Of a stretch of DNA of 64,000 nt, positions 11,879 to 26,800 are shown one piece after another. How positions within the stretch are numbered: the first letter of the stretch is position 1; each line of letters starts with the position of its first letter. The position numbers were made by a program, and so were the translations under genes. The notes beneath the pieces are model-generated. The model made no database searches. It was not told the DNA's origin and was given only the letters and a program-made list of their open reading frames with translations. Source of the DNA: Haliotis rubra (Eukaryota); the NCBI RefSeq assembly GCF_003918875.1, contig NW_025767224.1, positions 620,001 to 684,000 of the forward strand, read 5' to 3'.

Positions 11879-14800
11879 TTATTTCCCCTTCTTGTCTTTG
11901 CAAACAAACACGGGAATGTGCGCGTGATGCACGATGTACTGACTCACGCTGCCTAGCAACGTCTGTCTCAGCTTGCTATGTCCACGGGTACCCGTCACGA
12001 TGCACTCAGCTTCCTCCTCCTCCGCCAGACGCACAATAGCGTTCCCGGGACTCTTGTCTGCCAGTCTCACCACCCGCCCGTGAATCTGAAAGACAAAGAC
12101 ACAGTTCGATTCTTTATGAAACGTGTATGTTGTGAAATGGATGCAGTGTTTTTCCTGTGATTTCACCCGTACAAACTTCCATGTACCAATTTGGTGCAGC
12201 CTCATTTTAAAAGGTGAAGTTGTTGCAATACCTGGTGATTGGCATTAAGTGGCTATTACAATGACTGGTCGGAGCGGAATACAGTTAATGTGTCTGCAGC
12301 ATGGTATCTTAGTTGGTGGCCACGGTAAAACCAGCATCGTCCGTTTGGCTCAAAAGCGGACCGATGAATTGCAATCTAACTCGAAAACTATTAAACATTT
12401 AGTACTCAATGAAACACTGATGATAATCAAAACATCAGACCAACTCTGTGATTTTTTTTTCAGAACTCATGTCATAAAAATAAAAAAGTTGTTTTACAAA
12501 CTATCATTAAAATCTTGACACAGTTCACTATTTGTTACGAGGGAGGGGTGCAAAGAGAGGAACAGCCAGGTGTGCAAAAAGGTTAATGAATCAATGACTT
12601 TGTCGGCACTTGTGCACGTGCTTCCCGTACAACTGGCTGTTTCCTTCCTTTGCAGTCCTCTCTCGTAACAAATAGTGAACTGTGTCAAAATTTTAATGAT
12701 AGATTGTTAAACAACTTTTTTATTTTTAGGTAAAAAATTCTGCCAAAAAATCACAGAGTTGGTCTGACGTTATGATAAGTGTTTCATGGAGTATTCTATG
12801 TTTAGTTTTTTCGAGTTAGATTGCAATTCATCGGTCCGATTTTCAGCCAAACGGACTATAGTACAATCACGCACATTCGCACGTGCATGCATATGGCGAT
12901 ATAAGTGCAATAATCTTGAACGAGAAGTTAGACACTAGTTCACTTCACCACGACATGGCCGGGACCAGCATTCAGCAATGTGCACGGATTATACAAAATG
13001 TATGATCTCAAATGATCATATTGAATAACCTTCTAAAAGTTAAATAATCCTAAACGATCATAGAAACAGTGAGCGAGTATGGTTTTACGCCGCTTTTAGC
13101 AATATTCCAGCAACATCACGGCGGGGGACACCAGAAATGGGCTTCATACATTGTATTCATGTGGGGAATCGAACACGGGTCTAAGGCGTGGCGAGCGAAC
13201 GCTTTAACCACATGGCTACCCCACCGCTCCATTTTAGAAACTGTCATGATAGTACATTACATAATTATCAGTCACAAGATTTGTAGTTAGCTTGTTTTTT
13301 AACGTTTTACTTCAGGGTTATTTGAGACACGTGAGAACGGTCGCATCTGTCTGATCCGCCTACCCCAGACTGCTCCAGACAGGTATTCAGGCTCGCGCAG
13401 ACGCTCTGTATATGATCCTCCTCTTTCCGGAACTGTTCGGCAATCTCCGTGGCGTCTGTGTGGAATGAAAACACTGAAAATAGAACAAGAAAATCGTTAG
13501 TCAACCCGACCTGTACACTGATTAAGAATAGGAATGTCCCTTCCTCGCCGAGTAGAACAGTTTGATTTGAATCAGAGAATACCACCTTGATGTAAGGAGC
13601 TTATATCGTGTGGGACTAGTCGGATACCAGCCAAGTCGGGAGTTGGCCATGATGGAGATTGGTCAACGTACGTCAACCCAGGGCTAATGAAAATATCTCT
13701 CTCGACCATAATCATCTTATGCTCGTAGTTCTTACACCGTTGTATTGAGCTGGCGACCGGCAGATATGGCTGCAGATTACATACATTACTGTAGTCAACG
13801 CTGCCCGAATATTTGGTTACAGTTCCTGTTCCGGTGGGTTCAGACACAACGTGGTAGGAACCGGATGTTGTGGGGGTAATGTCGCAGGTTCGGGTCTCTT
13901 ATTGTCCGAGACAAATATTAGGAGACGGAGTTGTTTTAAAAAGCTGTTTATTTGCCTGTAATTTGAAAAGACAACATCATGAAATGTTGATATCTGTCTG
14001 CCATCGTCCGAGGCTGACAGGTGACAATAGGTGAATTCAAATTGTCCTGACGTCACAGGCAAAAGCCCGTGAATTACCTGTGCGTCAGATACAGGTAGCG
14101 CGTACAACTTATTATTTGATACTTGAGCAGCAGCCGCAGGAGGGAATAAAGGAGAAATACAACTGCCGGCGACAGTAATGTTAACTTTTGGATGGCCATT
14201 ACTGATCACCCATCTCCATCAACCATTAACCAACAGCATCGCCAACATTGTCTCTCACCGTGACCTCCATCCAGCAACACCATTATAGTCGTCAGTACCG
14301 ATGGTGCAATCTGTATCGTACCGCTCTACGAGACTCACGATATAATGTATCGATTTACATACAATTCATTACATTGATGTGAAAACATATATATTTTTAT
14401 GTATGATAACAGAAACTGTCCCAGAACCAGTTTATGCAGGTTCCCTGGCGATTATAAACAACAGAATCTGCACAGTGCCAACAAGGTTATACGTTTCTCC
14501 ACCACAATATCCCATCTTTGCTCTTTGAAGGCTAAAAACAAACAATTTAGGATTGTGATTTACCAGCAACAAATGAGAGAATATGAAGAACTTTTGAAAT
14601 ATACTAACGAAAACAAGTAACGGGGCATAACAAAAATTGCATAAAATAAAAACATATTTGAAAAGTTATAAAAATAACAGTAAATAAACACGTAGCAAGG
14701 CGCTTTGCAGGAATTTGATGTCACGTATCGCGCGTGGTACGTGCACTTTGTACACAATGAACTTACTCACTTTTTGCATGTTTTTGACACCTGATATTGA

Positions 14801-17800
14801 AAATTGAAGAACGGTTGATTCTCTACCATGTCATGCCATGGCTTACAGAAAATCAGTGTCTCCGCGCTGTGGGCATGCTGGAGACTGGAATGGCCCAAAA
14901 TGAAGTGGCCAGACGCTTGAGTGTCCATCGAAACACAATTTCATCTCCATGGAAACGTTTTCGACATAATGGGAACAGATTTGCCTCTGACAGGCCGTTC
15001 ACGCGTGAGGTCACGTCAGAAAGACAACCACATTCGGCTGACCCATCTAAGGAATCGGTTCCAGACTGTCAGGGCCATTCCTGGCTTATGTCCAATCAGT
15101 TCCAAGACTGTACGGTACCGACATAGGGAGCACAACATCCGGCCCCGACGGCCTGCAATACGTCCAATTTTGCTCCAAGGTCACCGACAGGCACGTCTTG
15201 CCTGGTGCAGACAGCATCTACGGTACATCAGACAAGCTGTTTCGTTCACTGACGAGTCGAGATTTCATCTGGACAGCTCAGATGGTAGTGCAAGGGACAG
15301 CAAGGTGAACGGTATGCTGACGCGTGCGTTATTCAACGTCAACAGTTTGGTGGCGCGGCGTTATGTTATGGGGAATAATCACATCACACGGTCGGACACA
15401 ACTTGTTATTGTCAATGGCAATCTGACAGGTCTGGGATACAGGGATGAGATCTTTAGGCATCATGTGCAGCCGTTGATTCAATGACAGAGACGTCACTTC
15501 ACACTTCAGCAAGATAATGCCCGTCCACATGTTGCTCGTGTTGTGACAGATTTCCTGAGACAGCAGAACATTCCGGTACTCCTTGGCCAGCTGTTTCTCC
15601 GGACCTGTCCGCTATCGAGCACACTTGGGATGAAATGGAGCGACATTTACGTCAAGCCCAGAATCAGACATTGACGTTAGCTGATTTCGGACAAGCGTTG
15701 GTTCAGACATGGAACAACATTGGAACACGATACAGACCCAGTCGACAAATACACTGTGATATCATCTATCAAGACAGCAGAATTGGGAGTAGCTTGAATG
15801 ATGCACAGTGTCTTGTGTGCGTAAAGATAGGTACCCAGGTGGGGAATCGAACAGGGTCTTCGGCGTGACGAGCGAACCCTTTCACCACTGGGCCTTGTCT
15901 GGGAAATCTAAACAATCAAGCAGAATATGCTTGAATAAGAATGGGTTGTATAGTGAATACATTGGCGGATCCAGAGGGGGTTGGGGCAAACACCCCACCC
16001 ACACACCCCTATGGCAACCCCCCTTTCAAAATTCCTGGATCCGCCCATGGAATATAAGGCGTGTGAAACTGAGATAAACCGTGAATAATTCAGGTAATGG
16101 GGCGGGTGATCAATAATTCCTTCAAATTACACATTAACAAGAACTGATGCAGGCAGGCGTACAGCGAATGCTTAACATGGCAGCAGGGGGCGCATGGTCG
16201 TCATTTCTGCACATTATATATCTGTTGATCAGTATTTGACCTCTCTATGGCAACCATTGCCAGCACTCGATAGTGTAATGTGGCTGTAGGGACAGTCATA
16301 AATACATGTTAAGTCGCAGTCAGCAGCAAGAAGTGATTAAAGCTATGCTGTCTTGTCAGATGTCGAGTGATGGTGGAACAGTAAGCGTGATTTAGAGTTA
16401 TCTGCCCCTGGTGGTTTTTTTACGAAAATGGCAGGCTTGAAGTTACACAAGACAAGTATTTTCCAGCAGACTTCGATAGTAACGTTATTTTCTTAATCAA
16501 CGCAGACCTCAACAGATATTACATGTACATGTGCGCACAGGACCTGCAGCTATAAAATATAAATCATGACTAGCTGTTCCAGTGTTCCCGAGTACAGGAA
16601 CACACCAGTCCAAGTTCCGCACAAAACGCCACCGACTTGAACATGAACGGTCACATTAAGCATACGTCATCATGTTAAAAAACACATCACTACATATTAC
16701 TGGAGGGGGTTCATTTTCAATATACAAAAATCTGTTTCAAAATTATCCTACCAGAGTTGCCAGATGATTCAACCTGCCCTGATAGTTCTTACGAAAGCTG
16801 CTTGTTGAATGACAATTCGGTGAAAAAGTGTCTTAATCGATTGAGATGACAGCTTTTAGAAGACTGGCTGTAACTATATGTAAGACACAAGGGAGTGATC
16901 AACCCCTAAACAACATGTTTGAATATTTCACATTGATTATTCTTTGATCTTGTTTGGTCATGTACTAATTTCACAATTTAGTTTATAAATGCCGCTTTCT
17001 TGGTTCACCCCAACGGTTCAGTCTCGAAATCCCTTAGACACATTTTGTATCCGTCCCCACTGCACCACTACCACCTTCCTGTACACATCCGTTCCGTTGT
17101 ATAATGTTATACGTATCTTATGACATAATTGTACATGTCGTCATATGTATAAACGCATAACATAGTAGCATATATACACACAAATAATTTAGACATAATG
17201 CTGGACAAATTCTTGTTTCCGGTTTGTTTTTTCACATATATATCGTTACTTGATTTGAAACCTATGATTGGATACCATGAGAAAGTCCAAGAACATTAAA
17301 GTTATCACTTGTTGACATCACTTGATCGAGAATAACGAACCTCGATTTTGCCTTTCATATCAGTATTTTTTCGGTGAATATATTTCTGATATTTCTTCAG
17401 AGTGCAGATATTTGTTCAGTCATTCTAAACACGCGCTGGTTCTGCTTCTTCGGAAAATCCTCGACACATTCATTAGTAAATACAGTTCAATCACGAAATC
17501 GCCATTTTAGTTTTACGCCAACCCAAATGAGTTACACAAAACCTATTATACATTATTTACCACTGAGGATTATACATGTATTTTCAAATGCGAACATAAT
17601 AAATGAGGAATGCAAGATCTGAATTGAAATGCATACAGTTGAATGTTCTTTTGAACGGGCATAACATTAAATTGCCCAGTTCATAACACGAGGTCATTAA
17701 GCAGTCAGTCATCCAGCATAGCCGGCTATGCAGCGGCAAGTTGTGACTGCTGCTATGGAGAAACATTAATGAGACGTAAACACCTTACGAACTGTACTTA

Positions 17801-20800
17801 AAGTGCGACTTGCCATAGTGTGATATGATCCATGCTTAAAACTCTGTTTTTCATCAGCCTTTACTCTGTGGACATTTTAAGCAAATGCACTTGGTATACA
17901 GGCAATGAAATATGAAGCTAAACTGGAAATTCCTGCCTGATGCGTATGCCCAGTCACTTGGGGTACTTGTATTTATGCTTGGGACATGGACGTTCATAGC
18001 ACGACATTTAAGCGTTAAATTACCGGATTCTCAATTATATTACAACACCGCTGCATCGTTAAAACACTATATATATGGTCTTGTATTTTTCCACTGAAAT
18101 ACATACTGGGTGTCCCTGCTAGTATGGATTGCGTTCATGGCTGCTGATTAATATACCGATGCTGGAGTGCACTGATCCAACTTTTATTGAAGACTTTCTC
18201 CTGGTGTTCGAAAATCTCGCCCACAGCAGACATCGCTTCATCATCATTTGCAAATAATGTTCTTTTTCATGTTTGGGAAGAGGCCAGTTAGACTACCAGT
18301 TGTCGGAGTTATACTTGTGTGGAAGCCGTGATGGATGAGTCGGTTAGATCGCTGACTTTGTGTGCTGTCGGTTAGGTGGGCCATTCTGGGAGTTTGAGTT
18401 CGAATCCCTGGATGAATTAAACCTCCGAAACTACTAGAACTAGACCTGTAAGACAGACGTGAGGCCCCATCTATAACACATATCAATCATTTGACCACAA
18501 CCAGTCGGATACCATGCAGACCATTGTTTTACCTGAGCTTGCCGAAAAATAATCTCGGTATTTGTGAGAGTAAGTGAGTGAGTGAGTTGGGTTTTACGCC
18601 GCTTTTAGTAATATTCCATCAATATCACGGCGGGGGACACCAGAACTGGGCTTTACACATTGTACCCATGTGGGGAATCGAACCCGGGCGTTCAGCGTGA
18701 CGAGCGAACGCTTTAACCACTCCGCCCCCTCGGTATTTGTGAGGAGTGGACGGGAAGTAAGCAACACCAACACTGATGTGTTGGGACACATTGTGGAGTT
18801 AACTAACCGGTGCTTGCTAACTTATGTTGTACGCATGAAGCCATGAGGACACAGAAGACACCGTTATGTTCGGCCCTGATGTCAGGTGTGTGTCAACACG
18901 ATGAACGATGCGACGCCATAATATTAACGCTCGTTTATGTCATGTCATAGTGCTCTGTCGTATGTTCTGCGTGCGGCATGAGAGTCGCTTCTTGTGTCAC
19001 GATGCCGTGATCTCCACAGATCCTTACATTCCATTCCGCTCTGGCACTTGTAGAAGGACTACAGTTCTCATTACATGATAATGCAAGTGCCAGACCACAT
19101 ACTCCACTGAAAGAGTTGTTGTGATCTTAGATTAGACTTAATGTCATGAGGTAGATGGCGTTGTCTGTCTCACTATCCCTATAGTTCTATACAATATCAA
19201 ACAAGGCCAGGTTTTTCCACAGGTTCCATCTCACTTGGGCTCATTAGGTGACTGTTTCTGTCAAAAATACTAGTATATGTGTTCTGAATAAGCGATAGAC
19301 TAATTCTGGAGCAGCACAGACAGATGTCAGTTCAGCACTGTAAAGTCGGTGCTTATATCGTAAGTGGGGGAAATGGCGAACGTGCGAGGGGAAGGCAATT
19401 CTGGGAGAGTTACGCTTGACCCCCTCCCGAAACCACCGAGTGGTTGAATAGAAACCCAGAGTGTTTGGCCTTTTGCTTATCTGCAACACACATAACCAAC
19501 AGGAGGGACAGATAAACCGTAAGTAGGTTGTTATAGATAGTATTCATTTTCATTGTTTGAAGTTGATGGAGAACGTCTATCATCCCGGCAGAGAATTTTC
19601 ACGACACTCAGCTTCTTGCTCATGTTGAATCGTTATCACTGTATGGTGTGGCTAACGTCACCGTTTTTTCAAACATACCGCTTCAACAGGCTTACCAACA
19701 CAGACATCCTTAACATGTTCATATGCATATAATGAGAATATTTCATTGTTGTTGTTGTTTTAAAGAAGCTGTTGATAGACCATGAAGTGGTCAGAAGGTA
19801 TTTGTAACATATGAGTTGTAACCACGTCATGAACTTTGACCGGATAGATATAAGACTCACTCTGGAAAGTGCAATATGAATGTATCGTTACACGGTAGAG
19901 ATAGGAACATTGTCTCATTTGAACTTTGACCAGTGGAGCTATATGATAGCGGTAGGGGATTTATTACACTGACTGTCTCAATACAATAATATGTAATTAG
20001 TTATAGTATCATGTAGATATCTACTCACGTGGAGAGTGGAAGAAGTGACCGTACTCCGGACAGTAGCCAATCACTGCTTCGTACTCGTCATTTGTTGTGT
20101 GGAGGTTAGCCACGTACCCTGTAACAGAGGGATAACTCATGGTGATTGTTAATTACAGGTTCGCAACAGACAACAGAAGAATAAGGGATGTCATCAGTCA
20201 GTCGTCGTGGACACGTAGCTCCGAGCTCAACATAATCCATTTCACGACATGCGTCTCCCACTTAAGATCTGTTTACTATGTCGTTACTGCTTAGTTGAAG
20301 TCGAATGTAGCTATTGGCAACACACACATGCCAATATTACAGTTCACTGACTCCTGGATAAATGGAACATACCAACAGATACCTTGGTAGTGAATACTCA
20401 GAACTTATCAACAACGCACCTGTTCGCTTCACGTTCAGCACGCGCGACTTTCGACGAACGTTTATGTGAAACGTATCATGTTACCAAAAACTATGGTTTG
20501 CTTCGCCAAGTTAGATTACTGAACGTCATGATGGAGAATTGTAGACCTTGGCGTAAACAACAAACAAATACACATTGACCAGACAGTCGCATGGATTGCA
20601 GATCAAAAGTGCATAATTACGAGTATTATATATAACGTCATCGAGAGAATATCCAGATGCAACCATATGCAGGGACAGATTTGATTTGACGTGAAAGGGA
20701 AAGCAGCGCACGTGGTGACAATTGGTGGTCGAAATGAACATTGCAAAAAGTTATTATTTCCTACACCCGTTCTCTTCAAGGTCAATACATGTGTGACACG

Positions 20801-23800
20801 AGAAGAGGAAATAACATCACTAAGACTTTGTATCGTTCTTAAAAAGGTGTTTGAACTTCGATCGAAACAAAAAAATCTCAGTGAACATATAATCTTATCT
20901 ATTGATGTAGTAAGATATATATTCTCAGTGTGGTCCATATGCATGTTTTTGTCTGATCGTTTTACACATGTATTGTTGGCCTCGTGGCCATCTATGAATA
21001 ACATCCCTGGTATAATTCCAGGTAATGCCACATGGGATGTTGACGGAACCTATTTAACTGCACGTCTCATTATGGATGGAACATAGTATTATATGAACAT
21101 ATTCTGCCACGTACACGGACTTCTGGTATATTCTTCACTTCCGATGACCTTGACTACACGGTCAGTGACCTACGTCCACAGAGACAGCATCAGCCAATGT
21201 ATAATATATTTAATTACGCCCACTGGTCCGTCCTTGAGGCTGGCAAGTGTCAAGTGACTGTTAGGAACTACGGTCCTCGATTAGGATTCTGTTCTGAAGC
21301 ATTCTACAAATTGATTTGTGGCTGTCGTTCTCTCGCTTACTTGAATCAACGCCACGTATGTTTTCACTTTGCCGTGAATGTCGTCGTATGTTTCGATTGT
21401 GAGTAAAAACATTACGTAATTGATATGAATGCAGTGAAAACGATAATCTATGATTAGTTCCCAAGTGTAAATATTTGAACGCGACTGTTTGAAGTGTATC
21501 GTGAATCAAATGTAAGAAAAAGACAAAATTTCTGCTGTCGAAAGAATAAAAACGGCAAAGTTGAGTTATCACCGCAGTTCAGCAAAGCAAGTAATGGAAC
21601 TGGTGAACAAAACCTTGTGGTTACTGACGCATTACATCATTTATTTCTTGTTTTTAAAGGCAACAACTTCAAAACTTCAAGCTGTCTCTCTCGTAATTTA
21701 GCTTGGTGACAACTGGAAAAGTGACAGCTGGAAACAATGTAATCTGCTGCCACGGTAATCTCCAAACTCTCCGCCGAGAAGCTGTATCGCTAACAACCGT
21801 ATGACGTCATAATATGACGCATGCAGTTCGAATAGCTGTTTTGGGGTGCACTATGTACACATTTATTTTACTGACTTTCACTGCTTTATTTGAACTATTT
21901 TATACATTGCATCGCTTGCACACTCAACTTAAACATAATTAACAATTTCTAAAGCACTTTTAAGCTTGTCAGAATACGTTTCACTGATTTTCAAAATCCA
22001 GTTGAGAGGCAGACGCCATTTTGTTTACATATTAGTCAGTAGCGACCTTACCGATCTTCAAAATAAATCAAAATGATATTTTGTACATTTAATATGGCGG
22101 TAAGATGGATACGCTGTAAACTTCTCCCTCCGGTAATACGGTCTGATGTACGCCTCTTTGTAGCAGTGTTATCCCTCGCCTACCGGATCGGGGAACGCTA
22201 CAAAAAGGCGTACACCAGACCGTATTACCCTCGAGAGAAGCATACAACTTATATTATCTTGACCTATTAACTGCGTTCTTTTCCTTCTTTTGAGTTTTAC
22301 ATATTTGCGTCACAACACCTAATATTCGTGAGTGAGGTGTTAAACAACGCACATAAGTGATAGTACGATATTGCCTACATCTATAGCAGCTCAGTGTCCA
22401 CATGATTCCACAAAACTTATCATGAACATTATAAAAGTCTTTTGATATATTTTTACATTTTGTCAATTGGTCATCCATCCGCACATCATCCAATTCATTC
22501 ATTCATTCATTCAGTGTGTTCTGGATATCTGGAAATAGTGTATTTTGTCGATTGACATATGACGTCCTGTATTGTTGATTGTGACGCGCAGACAATCATA
22601 CTACTGGTAGCAATAAATAGGAAACTGCATTATTCCGCCACCCTTTACATCCATTACCCTCGACCTTCGGCTTCAAGTGACTTGTACATACACTATTCAA
22701 CAGCGAGATGAGCCCCCTAATCAATAGATGCACGGTTCCAATGTAATAAAGCCTGGAGAGGTCACCTGTTCCAATGTAATAAAGCCTGTAGAGGTAACCT
22801 GTTCTCTTCACATGAGATCAGAGGTGGTTATCATCAAGACTTGGGAAATGTTCTCCCTTCATCCAGGGACTTCAATGGCTGACAGCCAGTAAAAGCGCCA
22901 GAAGAATGCAGACGTATTCAACGTCAGTAACTTCCTGATTGTAATGACGATAATGGATTTCCCGAGACATTACTGTCGTTAAAAGATAGTATCACTGGAA
23001 TATATTGTCGGTCAACAGAAAGTATACACATCAAAAATGGATTACCCCCAAAACTAACAAATCTTATCAGATGGTTGATAGGATGACAATAGTCCCCGAC
23101 ATACCAACAACTTAAGGCTCCAAACTAAAATATCCGTATAAAATCCATCAACATAAAGGCGATTGTTTCATTTTCAGCTCACCACCAAACATACTTGCTA
23201 CATTTTCTTTTGCCTGGCAGTTTAGGAGTACATTATAAAATACCCGTCACTCCTGATGGGAATATGTATTCTTGTTGATCATTTACCTATAGAGTTTCAG
23301 TAATACATATAGTATGACCAGAAATTATTGAGAATTTTAGGAATATGTTTAATTGGATTTCTAGTATAAACAACCTTGACCAGCTATCAAGTGCTTGGTT
23401 TCATTCAAGAGAGACAACTCCGTTAATCCTTTTTCATTAGTTTGTGAAGAGTTATCCCCTTTGATTACTTGCTAGCAGACGACATTTTCAGTGATCCTCA
23501 GTATGGATGATTTAGAGAAGATGAAGTTGATTTTAGAGTATTATAACAAGGACATCAGATCAGCTAAAGTGATTTCAAGTAGAACAGGCATCCCTTTGTC
23601 CACTGTTTATCGTGTTTTGAAAAATATTGCAAATGGATATGGCATTGAGCACCAGGGAGGCGCAGGTAGGCCCAGAAAATTGACTGTCGGTGACAGGAGG
23701 CGGCTTGGTATTCTTGTTTCTAAAAACAAACGAAGGAGTTAAGAAAACTTCAGGCTGGATATGATTGATAGAGGAACTGTGGCTGTCTGTAAGGAGACAA

Positions 23801-26800
23801 TTAGAACTGAGCTGCATGCAATGGGTTGGCAGAAAAGTCGAAGAATTCCATCACCGATCATGAAACCAAAACAAAAGGAGCGAAGGTTGAACTGGTGCTT
23901 ACAGCATAGAAATTTTAACTGGGACAATGTGATTTTCTCAGATGAAAGTTCTGTGTGGCTGTTTCCTAATACACTGAAATTCTGGACCAAACAAACTGAA
24001 AAACCTTTGTATCAGCGCCCAAAGTACAGTCCGAAATTTAACATGTGGGGTGGCATATCTGTGTTAGGGGCAGCGCCCCTCTGTGTATTGAAGGGAATAT
24101 GAACAGTGAGCGGTACACAGATATTCTCGAGGGACATTTACTTCCATCTGCTCACGTGTTCTATGGAAATTTTTGGATTTTCCAGCAGGACAACGACCTA
24201 AAACATCGTTCAAAGCATTCACAGGCCTGGTTTCGGACCCAAAATATGACATTATTAGATTGGCCAAGCTATAGCCCTGACCTAAATCCAATAGAAAATG
24301 TTTGGGGACTTATGAAGGAAAGTGTCAATAAGAAAAATCTGACAAATATTGCTGAAATGAAAGAAGAGGTGGTCCGATATTGGGACAGCATGGACCACGA
24401 CTTTCTAACTTCTTTGATCAGTAGTATGCCCCGCCGCATTGAAGCCTGCATTGCTGCCCATGGTGACTTGACAAAATACTAACTGTTCACCTGTCTTTGA
24501 ATCTGGAGTTATGTTCTGCTAATATTCACATTTAATACGTGAGTACTGAGTGAATTTTTTTATAAAAATTACAATCTTTAAATCTTTTGAATGAGAGAGT
24601 GGGGGTTTGGGCACGAAAGCTGCACATACGTGGAAAATCGAACATGTGCCAAGTACAAGACGAGCAAACACTGTAACTGGCTGACCACCCACGTCTCAAC
24701 AATATACCAACACCTGGCACTGAGGGGTATTTATACAATTCTCAGTTACAGTATTATACAATATTTTTGTTCAGTTGCAATTAGTTGCAAACGTTTTCAC
24801 GCAGAACACCACAGGCGTTCGTCAGTCACGTAAACCGATGAAAATGTTGTATTTACTTCGGTTACCATGACAATTAGAACTTTCCATCCAGAGAAAAATT
24901 GTACATTCAACAGACCTTACCAGTTAATACATGGTACTCTGCGAAAGAACGATGTTTGAAGACATTGGATTACCTGAAACTCAAAGCGTTTGCAAATGGT
25001 TGATATTATACAGGAAAGTCAAGAACAGGCAGTAAATGTTAGATGTAATGTGGCCAAGAACTGAAGGACCAGCTATACTTGTAGTAGTTTTCTACACGCG
25101 GTCATGAATGAGATCTTGAAATATCAAAGGGCACTCCGGCGAGATTTTCTATGTATCTTTGATGTCTCGATAGATAATATGTAACCTGATACATGATACT
25201 GTATCTACCCAGTTTCATGGGGAACCTGAATATATTACTCAAAATCCAAGGGTAAATGATCGACACTTATAAGACATATCTTTCCCATCAGGCGCGACGA
25301 TCATTCATCTAAAGTACTTCTAACCTGCCGGGCAAAACATATGAAACAAACAAGATTGCTTCTCCGATGGTTCTGCATGTGATATTACACTGTAAGGCCT
25401 TCAGTGTTTCCACGACTGATTTTCCAAACACACCTGGTAATGTTTTAGTTAATTTAATTCTCATATCTTTATAAAATGGGTTAGGAATATTGAAATTTCT
25501 TCACATCGTTACCACCAGTTCCAGGAAATATAGCGTCAGGGGAACTTCAGACAAGTTATTTACGTTCTACAATTATGTTCAATACTGGTTAATTGTATGG
25601 ATGGCATTGGTAACATAATGTCCCTAGATCGGATATTGGGATCGCGTGTTTTACGAGGTTACGTACTGCCCGTGTACGTAAAGGGTGCATCAATCTAGGA
25701 CTACCGACGGGCTGAGTCGGAAATGTGCTCTGTGGCAATCCAGACAGATACAAAATTATAGCAAGCATGCTTAACACTTTTACATCGTCCTCAGATCAAT
25801 CAAAGCTAGGTGAAACAGCATCCATTTATCACCCAACAAGCTCGCTATAACGAGGATGTACAGAAAATGCGACTATGTTATCCATGTACAATTAACACAC
25901 TATATGTAGACAAAACGATACATTATCCACATGTCAGCAATCAGATGTCGACTTACAATGTTTTTATATTCGGTATGAGTCATGTATATTACAAGGAAAT
26001 GGCACAGCGAAATTTCAACTGCACAATTAAGCTACGGTTTATTCTTCGTGACGCTCTATATATAGCTGTATGTCATCCATCACAGGATACCCCTCCAAGG
26101 ACAGATGACGTCATGACAGCGCCATAAACACGTCTTTGCCGACAGCTTCACAGTTCTTTCGGTGTGAAGATTTTAAAACTTTAAACACTCTCGAACGCAA
26201 ATATGCCACACCCACGGAGGAGTAATTGTGATATGCGTATATGAAGGGATTATCTTAAAACGACCGGAATTCTCCAGAAGAATGTAATACTATTATTTTA
26301 CAAGCCTACGCAATGTTCATTTAAGAGAAGCTGTGGCGGCTAAATATAGACGAGTTGTAATAAGTTCTTCCTTATTCCGACTTACACCCACTGAAGTACA
26401 CAGGGTAGGAATTTATGCTTACAGTGCATTTTGTGAGGGGAACACGTGTTTTCGTCTATGAGCAAAACAGGAAAAGCTAACTCTAAATGTCAAGTTATGA
26501 GAACAGAAATTAGCGAGGGAAAAGAAAGACATTGGCATTGGAAATTGGCACATTGGCACAGAAGCAGCATTATTCGCTTTCTATCAAAATATAGAAAATG
26601 CGGCTTTTCCTATTTGTAGAGACAACAGTTCCACCAATATCTGCATCAACGTCATCTCAAATAGCCTGTGACGTCACGAACAATAGCAAACGATCTGTTC
26701 AAGTACTGGCACAATGCAATGACGAAGGAAGCTTCACAACCCAACATAATAGAACTCCCGGACAGTCGGCATGAGGTACACATCTACAGTGAAGTATTCT

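Noticed and set aside
13591-13821. LTR-like segment TGTAA...TTACA
   Set aside because: No target-site duplication or partner copy in the window.
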